From the IMG/VR virus record IMGVR_UViG_3300044294_000547: DNA of 64,000 nucleotides; one strand, given 5' to 3'. The position numbers and the translations under genes were made by a program. The DNA comes from an uncultured virus (IMG/VR IMGVR_UViG_3300044294_000547) (taxonomy: Duplodnaviria > Heunggongvirae > Uroviricota > Caudoviricetes). How positions within the stretch are numbered: the stretch's first letter is position 1; each line of letters starts with the position of its first letter. The notes under the pieces are model-generated. The model saw only the letters and a program-made list of their open reading frames with translations. It was not told the DNA's origin and searched no databases. This document shows, one piece after another, positions 29,746-39,436 of the stretch.

Positions 29746-31996
29746 GGAACAAACTCCTTGCCAATTTTAACATGCAACCCCTTACATCTTCGTGATTGCA
29801 TTCTGCCTCTTTGACTAAGAACTCTTCATCTATAAATGCCATTCGGTCTCGAGCTCGATTTGCACTGCCTAGACCAGATAGCCGCCAAGCCTTGCTGTCT
29901 GGCTCTTCCCCAATGAAATTTATCAGTGCGACAGTTTCTGCATCACTAATGAAATGCGGTCTTAAGCTAAAAGCCAAGCTAGCAATCACTCTTGCAGCAT
30001 CTCGGCTATCATTGTTTCTGCTAGTCGCCTTATTGAATGCTTCCACAAGAGCATTATCTAACTTATTCTGCTCTTGAGGATCAGCATTTGTCAACGATTC
30101 TCGCCATGCCTCAATACTGAATGCATTAACAACCTGCTGCAGTTTTTCGTATATCAAATTATAGGCATTCGGCCCACTTTTTGGAATGCGCTCAACGGTT
30201 CTGTTCGTGTTGTCTTTCAACAACTGCGCCATACACTCAGCCATTTCTTTACTGCTGATGGCATCTTTGATCTGCTGCACCTTCTCCTCAAAAGGAAGAC
30301 TAGAAATTCTTGGAGCCAATTCGTGCACCAGTAATTGTTTGCAACGACGCTTAGCCTGTTCTTTTTTGGAAGGAGTTTTCGGTCGACTCTGCTGAAGACT
30401 GTGAAGGTCAGATTTGTCGTAATTATCAGGTGCGAATTTCATCCAATCTCTCGGAGGATCAGCCCTATTTACCCTAACAATGGCATTCAAAACCTTAATG
30501 CCCCCATTAACATCACCACTTTGTGTGGTGATTACAATTTGACCGTGATTGTGGTTGACATACGCTGTCTTCTTTTTGTCAAACAGCGACTTTAGCATGG
30601 TCAGTGCAGGAATTGAATAGCCACGATTAGCAACATTCATAAGCGTATCAAACCTTCCGATGAGCCTGTCACGTGCTATCTTTGCATCTCCGAGAGACTC
30701 CTTAAAAATATTTTTCATAGGATTTACGGCCGCCTGCCTATCCTTCATCTGTTCAGCACCAATCGTATCAACGGAAAGTCTATCAAGTATGCCCTTCAAA
30801 GAGCTAATATGGGTGTCAAGTTTGATGGCGAGTTGATTTTTAAATTCTTCAAGAATTTTGATAGCTTTATCGTTGTATTCAGAAAGAGGCTGACGCTCAA
30901 GATTTTGAATTTCACTCTGAATGTAGACATCAAGATCTCTATCTCCGCCTTGCCTGTCCGCGATCATGTCAAGACCTCGCTGCTCATTTGCGTCTACTCC
31001 CATTGCAAGAGTAGAGTCGTACTCATCCCGCTCGAATCGATTGACTCCAATTTCACTCCGACGCTTGTCAATCACATATGCGAACATATGTGCAACCACA
31101 TCTTCGTCGCCACCCTGCAGGAGATTTACAAGCCTGCATAGAAGCGTGATGCCAACAACATCAAAACTAGTTGATATTCCTTGCATCTGATCAATAGTTT
31201 TATTAGATATTGCATGAACATTTTTCTTTTTAGAACGATTTAATTCATCTTGGACACGCCGAGGCATCTTTTCACGATGCCCATCAAAAAAACTATATAC
31301 AAAGTTTCCCTTAGATCTATGAAAATCAGAAACATCTATGACTGCTCTCCCTCTTTCAATATCATTTAAATATTCAAGATATTGAGGATCTGATCTTCTT
31401 TTAAACCAGTCAGTTCCCAAGCCATTCCTAACACATACTGCACGAGCAGCGCTTTGATGGTTGGCAAGAGCTTGCCTGCCGAATTCTGGCAAATCGCCTT
31501 TAGATACCACATCATTCAGATGTGCGATGATGCTTTGCAGGTCATCTTGTCCTTCAGGAAATGTTGAACATGGAGACTCGTCGTGATTTACATTCGGCAC
31601 CTCTCTCATGTGCCTTAAGGGCGCGGCTCCGCCCCGAATAGGTTGGGAACCACGATCACCCTGTATGGACACCTCGGGGGTCTGCAACAACTCTTTTAAA
31701 CATGTAAGATTGTCAGTTAAAACATCTCGTGCCGCTTCGAGAACATGTTCCTGATTCTCGAGACCATGAATTCTTTCAAAAGCATCCTCAATCAGGCTAT
31801 TCAACTCCTGACTCCGAACATCAACATGCTTAGTATGATCATCGGAAGCCCGCTGCATGGCGTCGACCACTTCAGTCAGGTATTTGTACAATTTATCGTT
31901 GCGATTCTTGATCAAATTAAGCTTCTGGGTCACCGATTCGCAAGCACCAAATGCGGTTTTTTGCAATTTCTGTGAAAACATGATATACTTTTCCAT
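29738..31996 (-). CDS. Large helical hypothetical protein (~750 aa)
   Basis: Long ORF; start at 31996 or 31981; N-terminal coiled coil preceded by LQKTA, C-terminal LVKEA. Confidence 0.75.
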   Translation of the reverse strand: MEKYIMFSQKLQKTAFGACESVTQKLNLIKNRNDKLYKYLTEVVDAMQRASDDHTKHVDVRSQELNSLIEDAFERIHGLENQEHVLEAARDVLTDNLTCLKELLQTPEVSIQGDRGSQPIRGGAAPLRHMREVPNVNHDESPCSTFPEGQDDLQSIIAHLNDVVSKGDLPEFGRQALANHQSAARAVCVRNGLGTDWFKRRSDPQYLEYLNDIERGRAVIDVSDFHRSKGNFVYSFFDGHREKMPRRVQDELNRSKKKNVHAISNKTIDQMQGISTSFDVVGITLLCRLVNLLQGGDEDVVAHMFAYVIDKRRSEIGVNRFERDEYDSTLAMGVDANEQRGLDMIADRQGGDRDLDVYIQSEIQNLERQPLSEYNDKAIKILEEFKNQLAIKLDTHISSLKGILDRLSVDTIGAEQMKDRQAAVNPMKNIFKESLGDAKIARDRLIGRFDTLMNVANRGYSIPALTMLKSLFDKKKTAYVNHNHGQIVITTQSGDVNGGIKVLNAIVRVNRADPPRDWMKFAPDNYDKSDLHSLQQSRPKTPSKKEQAKRRCKQLLVHELAPRISSLPFEEKVQQIKDAISSKEMAECMAQLLKDNTNRTVERIPKSGPNAYNLIYEKLQQVVNAFSIEAWRESLTNADPQEQNKLDNALVEAFNKATSRNNDSRDAARVIASLAFSLRPHFISDAETVALINFIGEEPDSKAWRLSGLGSANRARDRMAFIDEEFLVKEAECNHEDVRGCMLKLARSLFLA

Positions 31997-32031
31997 AAAT
32001 AGTATTTCTGACTTGTTGCGACCTATCCTTG

Positions 32032-32077
32032 TGCGGAGGTGTGGGGCAGAAAACGAACCCCGCCCCACACCGCCGCA
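32032..32077 (-). terminator. Strong GC-rich hairpin downstream of phoH
   Basis: TGCGG.GGTGTGGGGC...GCCCCACACC.CCGCA stem starting ~6 nt after the phoH stop; no U-tract follows on the minus strand. Confidence 0.55.
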
Positions 32078-32083
32078 GTGATG

Positions 32084-32773
32084 TCAGTTTTTTTCCTTGT
32101 ATTTGAGGTCTATCTTAGAAACAAGACCATGTCGCTGGCAAGATTCTGGGGGGAATTGGAAACGACTAATCCCATCCACGCTCTTGAGCCTTCTAAGAGC
32201 ATCTGTCAAGCCATTCCTAGACGACCTGCAATCTAGATCGCACTGGAATTCGTCACCTGCGACAACTGCTTTAGATGATTTACCAAGCCTAGTGAGGAAA
32301 AGGTGCATCTGCTCAGGAGTGCTGTTTTGCGCCTCGTCCATGATCATGAAAGTGTTTTCAAAAGTGACGCCACGCATGAAGGCAAGAGGGAGTATTTGAA
32401 TTTCATCAGATGCCATCATTCTGCTAGCCGTGCTCTTCCCAAGAATTTTCTCCATAATCATCCTGATTGGAGCAACAAAAGGATCGAACTTTTGCTCAAG
32501 AGATCCAGGAAGGTATCCTAGTCTTTCGCCAGCGCTCACGTAAGGACGTGTAAGAATAATTTTGCTTATTCGTTTTTCACTCAACATCCGCAAAGCCATG
32601 CCAGTGGCAATTGTTGTTTTTCCTGTACCCGCCATTCCATATAACATGGTCACTGCGCTGTCCTCAATTATTTTCACAGCTTGCCTCTGATGTTCATCAA
32701 GTGGCTTGAATGCTATATGGGACCCAGGACGACTGCTCTCAATCAACTGCTTGCGCTTGGACTTGTTGCTCAT
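32084..32773 (-). CDS. phoH: PhoH-family ATPase
   Basis: GMAGTGKT, IILTRP, LGYLPGSLEQK, LAFMRGVTF, DEAQN, LTRLG, GD..QCD, RHGLV. Confidence 0.95.
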   Translation of the reverse strand: MSNKSKRKQLIESSRPGSHIAFKPLDEHQRQAVKIIEDSAVTMLYGMAGTGKTTIATGMALRMLSEKRISKIILTRPYVSAGERLGYLPGSLEQKFDPFVAPIRMIMEKILGKSTASRMMASDEIQILPLAFMRGVTFENTFMIMDEAQNSTPEQMHLFLTRLGKSSKAVVAGDEFQCDLDCRSSRNGLTDALRRLKSVDGISRFQFPPESCQRHGLVSKIDLKYKEKN

Positions 32774-33195
32774 GTCGCTTTTCCTCCCAATGTTAAGATG
32801 ACAAAATCAGACGAACGAGAATCACGGCGGCACACAACACCATCCGTGAGCATCGCAACATATAAAGAGTCCACATCCTCCATACGCGATACGATTTCGT
32901 CCCAAACGGGCGAAGGGAGGCGGATACGCCTCCCTTCAAGCAACTGTAGTCTTATTTTTATTGGATTGAAGTTTGTCAAAGACTCAACCTGCACCAAAAA
33001 GTTGTCAAATTCATTAGCCAATTCCAACTGCCAAAAACCAGATTCGTCTCTTGATCGTCTCAACTGGTTTATCTGCTCGTCTCCCATACACTCTCGTAGA
33101 TAGGCCAACTGATCTGCATTAAGCAGACGAGTCAATCTGCAAAATTCTGGATATGATTCAAAAATAGGTTCGTCTTTAGCTTTTTTTCTTTTCAT
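32770..33195 (-). CDS. Hypothetical protein
   Basis: Start MKRKKAK via ATGA overlap; coupled to phoH. Confidence 0.65.
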   Translation of the reverse strand: MKRKKAKDEPIFESYPEFCRLTRLLNADQLAYLRECMGDEQINQLRRSRDESGFWQLELANEFDNFLVQVESLTNFNPIKIRLQLLEGRRIRLPSPVWDEIVSRMEDVDSLYVAMLTDGVVCRRDSRSSDFVILTLGGKAT

Positions 33196-33488
33196 GCTTG
33201 GATGTTTATGGGAGCGTTGAGCATGATATGGCACATGTTCAACACATGGGTGGTATCCGCGTCTGCTTCACCAGCAGCGAACTTAACCAACAACCCGTTT
33301 TCAAGAGCAATACCCCTCCCTGAAAGCAAAGTGTTTCTGAAATTTTTGGGCATCCTATTCACTGCAGGATCATCACCATTGATGATATAATTCTTCATCT
33401 CTTCAGTAGCAAGGGCGTAGAAGAAACAATCACCATCCCCTGCAACCTTGTCAAGCAACTCTCGCAAAACTTTCTTGTTTACGATCAT
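33192..33488 (-). CDS. Hypothetical protein
   Basis: Start MIVNKK via ATGA overlap with the neck gene. Confidence 0.65.
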   Translation of the reverse strand: MIVNKKVLRELLDKVAGDGDCFFYALATEEMKNYIINGDDPAVNRMPKNFRNTLLSGRGIALENGLLVKFAAGEADADTTHVLNMCHIMLNAPINIQA

Positions 33489-34483
33489 ACACCACCACCT
33501 GTAAATATGTATCTGAACCATCTGCTCCTGCCGCCAGGTAGAGCGTATTCAGGAGTGACAATATTTCTAGTCTTGGGATATGGACCAAGTTTCTTGCCAT
33601 CCAAGAAGCCTTTAACGCTCTCTTCATAATTCTTTTTCAAAGTGTCTAGGCTGCTCGAAAGATTTGAAGCACGCTCAGCACTACCAAAAACAAGTTGCGG
33701 CTCCTGAAAAGTTAAAGACAGCATAATTTCTCTCATTGCATCTGCTGCAGCGCCGTAAAGAACAGCCGGGACAATCTCGCATGGCACTGAAGCAAGACTG
33801 TAATTGCTTCTAGGCGGGTAAAAATTAAACCTGCCAAGAGCATTCGCCAAAAATCTGTACAGTTGATCATCGGAAAACCATCTGAAATTGTAGTCGGCAT
33901 TCACAATGTCATATGATGTAAATGGCGTGTTAAAAGTAACTGTACCACGAAAATAATTCGTAGAAAAGCCATCGTCTACGATGTTGTTGTTCCTATAGAT
34001 TCTGACGCCTGCTGACTGATTCCACCTCGGAAAAGAAAACGCAAAAGTGGCGTTGTCTTTTGACGGACGACCCTGCTCAAAATACACAGGTATGTTCATG
34101 GTTGGTCTTATGTGATATTCAAGAGCAACTATAAGATCCCTAATCTGCCCAAAATAAACACTTTCTGGATCGGGCCTCTCATTTATGACAACCTCTTGAG
34201 TAATCGTGTTTATTCCAACACCATCATCATATGACCAGGTTAAATCCCATCGACCCACTTCTGCATCAGATGCAACCGACCATATGTATGCATAATAACC
34301 ATCAGATATGGTGATTGCAACATCTCCATCGACATCAACCTCTCCAGACGGACTGGTCAGAGTGACAGACACATCGGTGGCTGCGACAGGCTGAGAATTG
34401 AGAGATGTCAATCTCAGAAACAAACTGTTTGAAGTGCCTTGGGTAAATGTTCCTTGAGACTCTGTCGATTGACTTAGTGCCAT
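33485..34483 (-). CDS. Putative neck/head-completion protein with Ig-like N-terminal domain
   Basis: Ig-like DVSVTLTSPSG..GYYAYIW..GRWDLTW, then WFSDDQLYRFLANAL..FN.YPP resembling head-tail adaptors. Confidence 0.6.
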   Translation of the reverse strand: MALSQSTESQGTFTQGTSNSLFLRLTSLNSQPVAATDVSVTLTSPSGEVDVDGDVAITISDGYYAYIWSVASDAEVGRWDLTWSYDDGVGINTITQEVVINERPDPESVYFGQIRDLIVALEYHIRPTMNIPVYFEQGRPSKDNATFAFSFPRWNQSAGVRIYRNNNIVDDGFSTNYFRGTVTFNTPFTSYDIVNADYNFRWFSDDQLYRFLANALGRFNFYPPRSNYSLASVPCEIVPAVLYGAAADAMREIMLSLTFQEPQLVFGSAERASNLSSSLDTLKKNYEESVKGFLDGKKLGPYPKTRNIVTPEYALPGGRSRWFRYIFTGGGV

Positions 34484-35256
34484 CAGAATTTCCTCAAGTC
34501 TTGCGAGGTTCTGCCTGTTGATGTTACTTCAATACGGCCAGGAATACCTGCCCGAGAAACCTGAACACCCGGCATCGGAGAGCCAAACCCAACAACTGCT
34601 CCAGAGGGAGCTTCAAAACACAAGGCATACATTCCGGATTTTACTGCCACCGCCATAGCATCATTCAATTCATTAAACCTCAAAGATCCGTATGGAGGAT
34701 TGTAGGAAACCCGCTTGAGTTCTTGAGTAGTTCTGAGAGCCGCATCTACCATACGCAATGACACCCTGCTAACCTGTGCAGTTGATGCTCCTGCAGAAAC
34801 CTTTGCGTATACAACTTTTTCATTGAAAGGATAGAACACAGATGCAGATCCGACCCTAGCTCCAGACATGAAAAAGTTGTCAAGCCTACTGCTCTCTTCA
34901 GATAGAAAGGCTCGCAAAGCAACCTGCGAAGGATCATCACCGCGAAGAGCCACGCCAAGAATTGGATCCCACAACAACTCTTCGTGAGACAAAAGCAGAT
35001 CATCAACTGCTGGCGAAACTCCCATCCTTTCATAGATGCAAACATTTACCCTGTCATTTTTAATTCCGTCAGCCTTTATTGAAGCACCGTACATCGGGAA
35101 ACGAAGCAATTCTAAAGAGATAACTGCAGAAGCATGCGTTATGGTAGATGAAAAAATACCTGAAGATGGATTGAGCTTTAGACCATCTTCTGATGTGCAG
35201 ATACAGTAAAAAACAGATTGTCTTGGTGCAATAAATCTCACCGGAAATGATGGCAT
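34483..35256 (-). CDS. Hypothetical protein (257 aa)
   Basis: ORF coupled to both neighbours; no motif recognised. Confidence 0.7.
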   Translation of the reverse strand: MPSFPVRFIAPRQSVFYCICTSEDGLKLNPSSGIFSSTITHASAVISLELLRFPMYGASIKADGIKNDRVNVCIYERMGVSPAVDDLLLSHEELLWDPILGVALRGDDPSQVALRAFLSEESSRLDNFFMSGARVGSASVFYPFNEKVVYAKVSAGASTAQVSRVSLRMVDAALRTTQELKRVSYNPPYGSLRFNELNDAMAVAVKSGMYALCFEAPSGAVVGFGSPMPGVQVSRAGIPGRIEVTSTGRTSQDLRKF

Positions 35257-35259
35257 GAC

Positions 35260-36021
35260 TTATATTTCCATCATTTTATTGACTATGCCTCTTGAATCCA
35301 TATCGGAACTAGCAGCAATAATATTTGCAGCAACACCAGCAACAAAAGCATTGGCAAAACTAGAGCCTATAGAATCCATAAATCTGTCTCCAACGGTCAT
35401 GGTATCATATGTCCAATTAGGCATGGTTATCTTGATCCCGTCAGCAGATGGGGATTTAACTTCGCCTACTGCGACTGAAATAACTCCAGAAGCCGAAGAC
35501 GGGAAGGCATAAGAACGCGTATCAGAAACCGCAGAAAATATCAATATTTCTTTTGCAAGCAATTTTTTAATCACTTCTGAAGCGAGATGCTCTTCTTCAG
35601 AAGATGTTAGGCTGCAAACCACAATATCGCACCTTGAAGCCATGCACCACAAAAGTCCTCCGACAAGAGCAGATATATCTCCCGACCTGTCAGACTTTGC
35701 ACACTTGGCGTGAAAGAAAGTGGCTTCATGACAAAGACCAGGAATACCTGAGGCATGAGATGAAGATAAAATGCCCGATACAGAAGTGCCGTGACCATCT
35801 CGGTCATATGGCTCTTCGCCATTAACCATACTAACCTGCCTACTCTGATTGTTTAACTTGATATCTCTATGTGTGGGAGCACCCGTGTCTACTATTCCGA
35901 TTTTGAGACCTGAACAGTCAGTTCTTTCCACCCTAAATCCTCCATGTGCTGGCAGCACAACCTGTCTGACTCTAGGTGATATCCTAAGTCTTCCATCTGG
36001 AGGGGAATCACCCAACACCAT
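35260..36021 (-). CDS. Subtilisin-like (S8) serine peptidase
   Basis: GIVDTG (Asp), DGHGTSVSGIL (His), GSSFANAFVAGVAA (Ser); GAGGAG SD before the ATG at 36021. Confidence 0.85.
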   Translation of the reverse strand: MVLGDSPPDGRLRISPRVRQVVLPAHGGFRVERTDCSGLKIGIVDTGAPTHRDIKLNNQSRQVSMVNGEEPYDRDGHGTSVSGILSSSHASGIPGLCHEATFFHAKCAKSDRSGDISALVGGLLWCMASRCDIVVCSLTSSEEEHLASEVIKKLLAKEILIFSAVSDTRSYAFPSSASGVISVAVGEVKSPSADGIKITMPNWTYDTMTVGDRFMDSIGSSFANAFVAGVAANIIAASSDMDSRGIVNKMMEI

Positions 36022-36733
36022 CGGACACAATCTCCTCTTCAACCATTTCTACAAAACTAAAAACAGGGCTACAAGATCTTGAAGACCTGAGCAGAAGGGC
36101 TCTTCCACCACCCGAAGCACAGCCCCATGCACACACAGGATCATCTGTAACCAAAGCAGAGACGGTTCTGCTCTCTTCAATTCTCTTCACTAAACTCTTG
36201 CGAACAGGCACATGCCAAAGTCTGCCTGTCTCAAAAAATTTTGACTTTACAGCCATGCGAAGGGAGTCATTGGAGATTGAAACACCCTGCCTGTCATGCA
36301 TTTTTGTAGAAAACTTGGTGTGGAAACTTGGCAGGACAACATCATCAATATGAAATGCCTTAGACAAAGAATACAGAATAGGTTGCCCCTCAAGATATGC
36401 AGAAAGTATATGAGAAAACCTTGCCTCTGTTGCCACTATAGATGCACCATCAAGAACCAAGCCATAGGCGCCAAGACTTAACGCATGACGACAGTCAACC
36501 ACGGAGTCAGAAACGCACACAATCTCATCAAACTGATCCCTAGAAATAGTGTGCAGATGAGCAAAATATGGCTTACCGGGAAGAATTTTTTGAAGTCCGT
36601 CCTCCCATCCAGCTGAGGATGAAATTGTGAATTCACACTGTCCACCATAGATGCGCTTCATGATTTGAAGCAATGAAGAAGTTACAAGTATCCCCCATTC
36701 AGATGGAGATGGAATCAGGCATATTTTTTTCAT
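36008..36733 (-). CDS. Possible divergent GT9-like (heptosyltransferase-type) glycosyltransferase
   Basis: N-terminal KKICLI...GILVTSSLLQIMKRIY, FDEIVCV, and C-terminal IEESRTVSALVTDD weakly match the GT9 layout. Confidence 0.35.
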   Translation of the reverse strand: MKKICLIPSPSEWGILVTSSLLQIMKRIYGGQCEFTISSSAGWEDGLQKILPGKPYFAHLHTISRDQFDEIVCVSDSVVDCRHALSLGAYGLVLDGASIVATEARFSHILSAYLEGQPILYSLSKAFHIDDVVLPSFHTKFSTKMHDRQGVSISNDSLRMAVKSKFFETGRLWHVPVRKSLVKRIEESRTVSALVTDDPVCAWGCASGGGRALLLRSSRSCSPVFSFVEMVEEEIVSDGVG

Positions 36734-36734
36734 G

Positions 36735-37322
36735 TCATAGCCTTATTTCGGCTGCGTTTCTGATCCCGCTAGGTAAAATATCATCATCTGTTCCTGTGTC
36801 AACATCATCTTTCCTTCGTATGGAGCCTCGAGATTTCCTACTTGCTTTTTGAGCCTCTTTCTTGAGTTTTAATTGCTCACTGTGCGCCTGACGCATAACT
36901 GACAATTCTTGCCCAGACAACCTAACGAGATGACCCGAAGATATCAGAGACAGAATCTGAGCAGGAATATCACCATATTCTTTTTTGATGAATGATGCAG
37001 ATTTTCCGTCTATTTTGCCATCAAACTTTAAAGGAGGCTGCAACTTGCTCAATATCAAACATCCATCTTTGGCAGGAGCTATAAAGTCTTTTTCTTGCGA
37101 CACCTGAGTATCAAGAGAGACAACTCTAGAAATAGCAGGATTAGACTGCGGGACAGATACGGTTCCAAGAACTAACTCTTTGAGAGTAATCAGGCCGCCA
37201 TCAACTACGGCAGGCACGTTCATCAACTCTGGATGAACCATTACCCTATCGATTGGGAGAGAATAGACTTTTTCTCCCATAAACACAACCCTGCCAAAAT
37301 CTCTGTCGTAAAATGCTTTCAT
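36735..37322 (-). CDS. Hypothetical protein
   Basis: Start MKAFYD via ATGA overlap; basic then acidic C-terminus. Confidence 0.7.
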   Translation of the reverse strand: MKAFYDRDFGRVVFMGEKVYSLPIDRVMVHPELMNVPAVVDGGLITLKELVLGTVSVPQSNPAISRVVSLDTQVSQEKDFIAPAKDGCLILSKLQPPLKFDGKIDGKSASFIKKEYGDIPAQILSLISSGHLVRLSGQELSVMRQAHSEQLKLKKEAQKASRKSRGSIRRKDDVDTGTDDDILPSGIRNAAEIRL

Positions 37323-38665
37323 AATTTTGTTACCAAGCCTTTGAATTGCGAAACAACGGCGTCCGCAGAGCACATGTCAGCCAATTTTGACGCTGCTCTT
37401 GAAGCCATCAAGTTTCTCTTTTTAGGGGATGTAGACCAACATATTCTCATGGACGCACCAAGTCTTTGAATAAATTCTACACTCACCGTATCCGCCATGA
37501 CGGTGCCATCCCATAAAATTGTACCAGTTGTACCATTTTTAATAGTTGTCCTGTCAACATCGACCAAAAATGCTGAAGAATCATCAAGGAAATCAAGTTG
37601 ACCACCAAACCTTGGAGCAACTGAAGGTATCCCGCACATGGCTGCTTCTGCATACGGAAGACAAAATCCTTCTCCCCTTGCAGCTAGAACGCATGCATCT
37701 ACAGACCTGTACAACTTGGCAAGATCTGCTTCAGTAATGTTTTTAGACATTCTGACCACGAGTGGAGGATGCTTTTTGCCACAACTTGACACCAAATCAG
37801 AAACCACATCTGCGAATTTTTTTTGAGCTTCTTCTCCGCGCTTGTCTCTATGCGCCACGATGAGACATACATCATCTGATGGATCAAATTCCTTAAGAAA
37901 TGACTCAATTACATTGGTGCCAACCTTTCTAGAGCTAATTCCAAATATAGTTAAAAACTTGAAACTTGGCAATGGAGATGAGAATTGATATTCTGCTCCT
38001 TTTGCACAAAAAATGTCATTATTAATGTGTGGACTCAAAACTCCCGCGTCAATATCATACTTCCCAAAAGTGTCACAGCAGAATCTACTTACACACCAAA
38101 CCATTTCATATTTCTTTGCAGAAGCTGCAACAGCAACAGGCAGAGTTTCTGACTCGATAGTAGTGTAGAGCACCCTCATGCCAGATGGACCTGGAGAGCC
38201 AAATGTGGGTACCACACTATTTATATCAAGCATGCCTTGGCATCTTGGCCTTATGGGCAGTCCGCATCTTGCATCTTCGTACAAAAGCTGTGGTTTCCCA
38301 AGGTCTACTGGGTCAACACTTACTGAAATGTTTTTTGTAGTAAGTGCTTTGACCAAACCTCTATTGACCTTTCCATATCCTGAATAGTCTAAAAACTGGC
38401 CTCTGATTACGACATCATCAAGCATGGCATCACCAGATGGCTTCTTTGCTTTCGCTGACATTTTTGCCAATGCTGCCTGTATCCCATCGGCTTGGTCATG
38501 ATCCAACACAACCACATAACCCTTTGCAACAGCCGAACGAAGAGATGGCGCTGATCTAACACGATCTGATGATATCTCAAATTTATCACCACTATCACCA
38601 GCAGGGATGCGATCATCCCATTCGGGAACATATACAGGTATGCCAAGGACATTTCTTACTATCAT
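37319..38665 (-). CDS. GT-B glycosyltransferase (GT4-like) with an extra N-terminal domain
   Basis: DYSGYGKVNR, YTTIESETLP, RKVG, ARGEGFCLPYAEAAMCGIP, GGQLDFL; ~80-aa N-terminal extension. Confidence 0.9.
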   Translation of the reverse strand: MIVRNVLGIPVYVPEWDDRIPAGDSGDKFEISSDRVRSAPSLRSAVAKGYVVVLDHDQADGIQAALAKMSAKAKKPSGDAMLDDVVIRGQFLDYSGYGKVNRGLVKALTTKNISVSVDPVDLGKPQLLYEDARCGLPIRPRCQGMLDINSVVPTFGSPGPSGMRVLYTTIESETLPVAVAASAKKYEMVWCVSRFCCDTFGKYDIDAGVLSPHINNDIFCAKGAEYQFSSPLPSFKFLTIFGISSRKVGTNVIESFLKEFDPSDDVCLIVAHRDKRGEEAQKKFADVVSDLVSSCGKKHPPLVVRMSKNITEADLAKLYRSVDACVLAARGEGFCLPYAEAAMCGIPSVAPRFGGQLDFLDDSSAFLVDVDRTTIKNGTTGTILWDGTVMADTVSVEFIQRLGASMRICWSTSPKKRNLMASRAASKLADMCSADAVVSQFKGLVTKL

Positions 38666-38670
38666 GGTAT

Positions 38671-38688
38671 ATTTATCGGAAAATAAAT
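38671..38688. promoter_or_regulatory. Candidate divergent promoter element
   Basis: ATTTAT-CGGAAA-ATAAAT inverted repeat in a 24-bp gap between divergent ATGs; the 9-mer TTTATCGGA recurs at 23413-23421. Confidence 0.4.
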
Positions 38689-38689
38689 T

Positions 38690-39286
38690 ATGCCTATTGA
38701 TCAATCAGGATATTCAGACGAGAATATAATATTTGGCGGATTTGGAAATGTAAAATTAAGTGTCGGATTTTCAAAAACATGTAGACTTGAGCCAATATGC
38801 ACTGATGCTATAGCTGACGGATATTCTTACATATCTTTGGGGGGGTTCAGAATAGGAACATCAACCTACGGGCAGGGAAGAGCATTGTGGGTGTACCGTC
38901 CTGCAAATATGACTCTAGATGATGTATATGTAACAATATGGAAAGGTGTAGAATTTGAGGTTGCAGCAGACACTAATCATAAATCTTTCTGCTCATACAA
39001 TATCGTCTACAACTCAGAGATCCCAAATTCTAACAATATGATCAGACTAGGAGGAGGCAGTATATCTCTTGATGTATCGGGAAAAATTTTGTGTGTAGAT
39101 AAAGGATTTCCAGAAGATGAAAAAGAAGCCATCATAGGCTCTAGGCTAATAACACTCGGAAGATTTGACAACATGTGGGCGATATCGCTCTATTCTGTTT
39201 TTCCGCAAAGTTCATCTTCTAGCAGCGGTCATGACTCGGATCCGCCTGACGCTAATCCGGAAGATCCTCCTTTTAAGGAGGGTTGA
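38690..39286 (+). CDS. Hypothetical protein, the only credible plus-strand gene
   Basis: 198-aa ORF in a region with no minus-strand gene. Confidence 0.7.
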   Translation: MPIDQSGYSDENIIFGGFGNVKLSVGFSKTCRLEPICTDAIADGYSYISLGGFRIGTSTYGQGRALWVYRPANMTLDDVYVTIWKGVEFEVAADTNHKSFCSYNIVYNSEIPNSNNMIRLGGGSISLDVSGKILCVDKGFPEDEKEAIIGSRLITLGRFDNMWAISLYSVFPQSSSSSSGHDSDPPDANPEDPPFKEG

Positions 39287-39374
39287 TGGGGAAACAGGAA
39301 TTATTTATATTTTACTTGATTAACTTGCCATATTCAACAACAAAAAAATAAACAACTTTCATATCAAAAATCGT

Positions 39375-39410
39375 GAAAAATAACTACCCACCCCTTTCGG
39401 GGTGGGTAGT
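39375..39410 (-). terminator. Rho-independent terminator after the major capsid gene
   Basis: ACTACCCACCCC-GAAA-GGGGTGGGTAGT 12-bp perfect stem followed by TATTTTT. Confidence 0.9.
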
Positions 39411-39436
39411 CGTGCTTCAAGATTCACCCAAACTTA

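Noticed and set aside
39287..39436. AT-rich intergenic stretch as a tRNA/ncRNA or origin
   Set aside because: No cloverleaf or iterons are visible; it is explained as a convergent termination zone.
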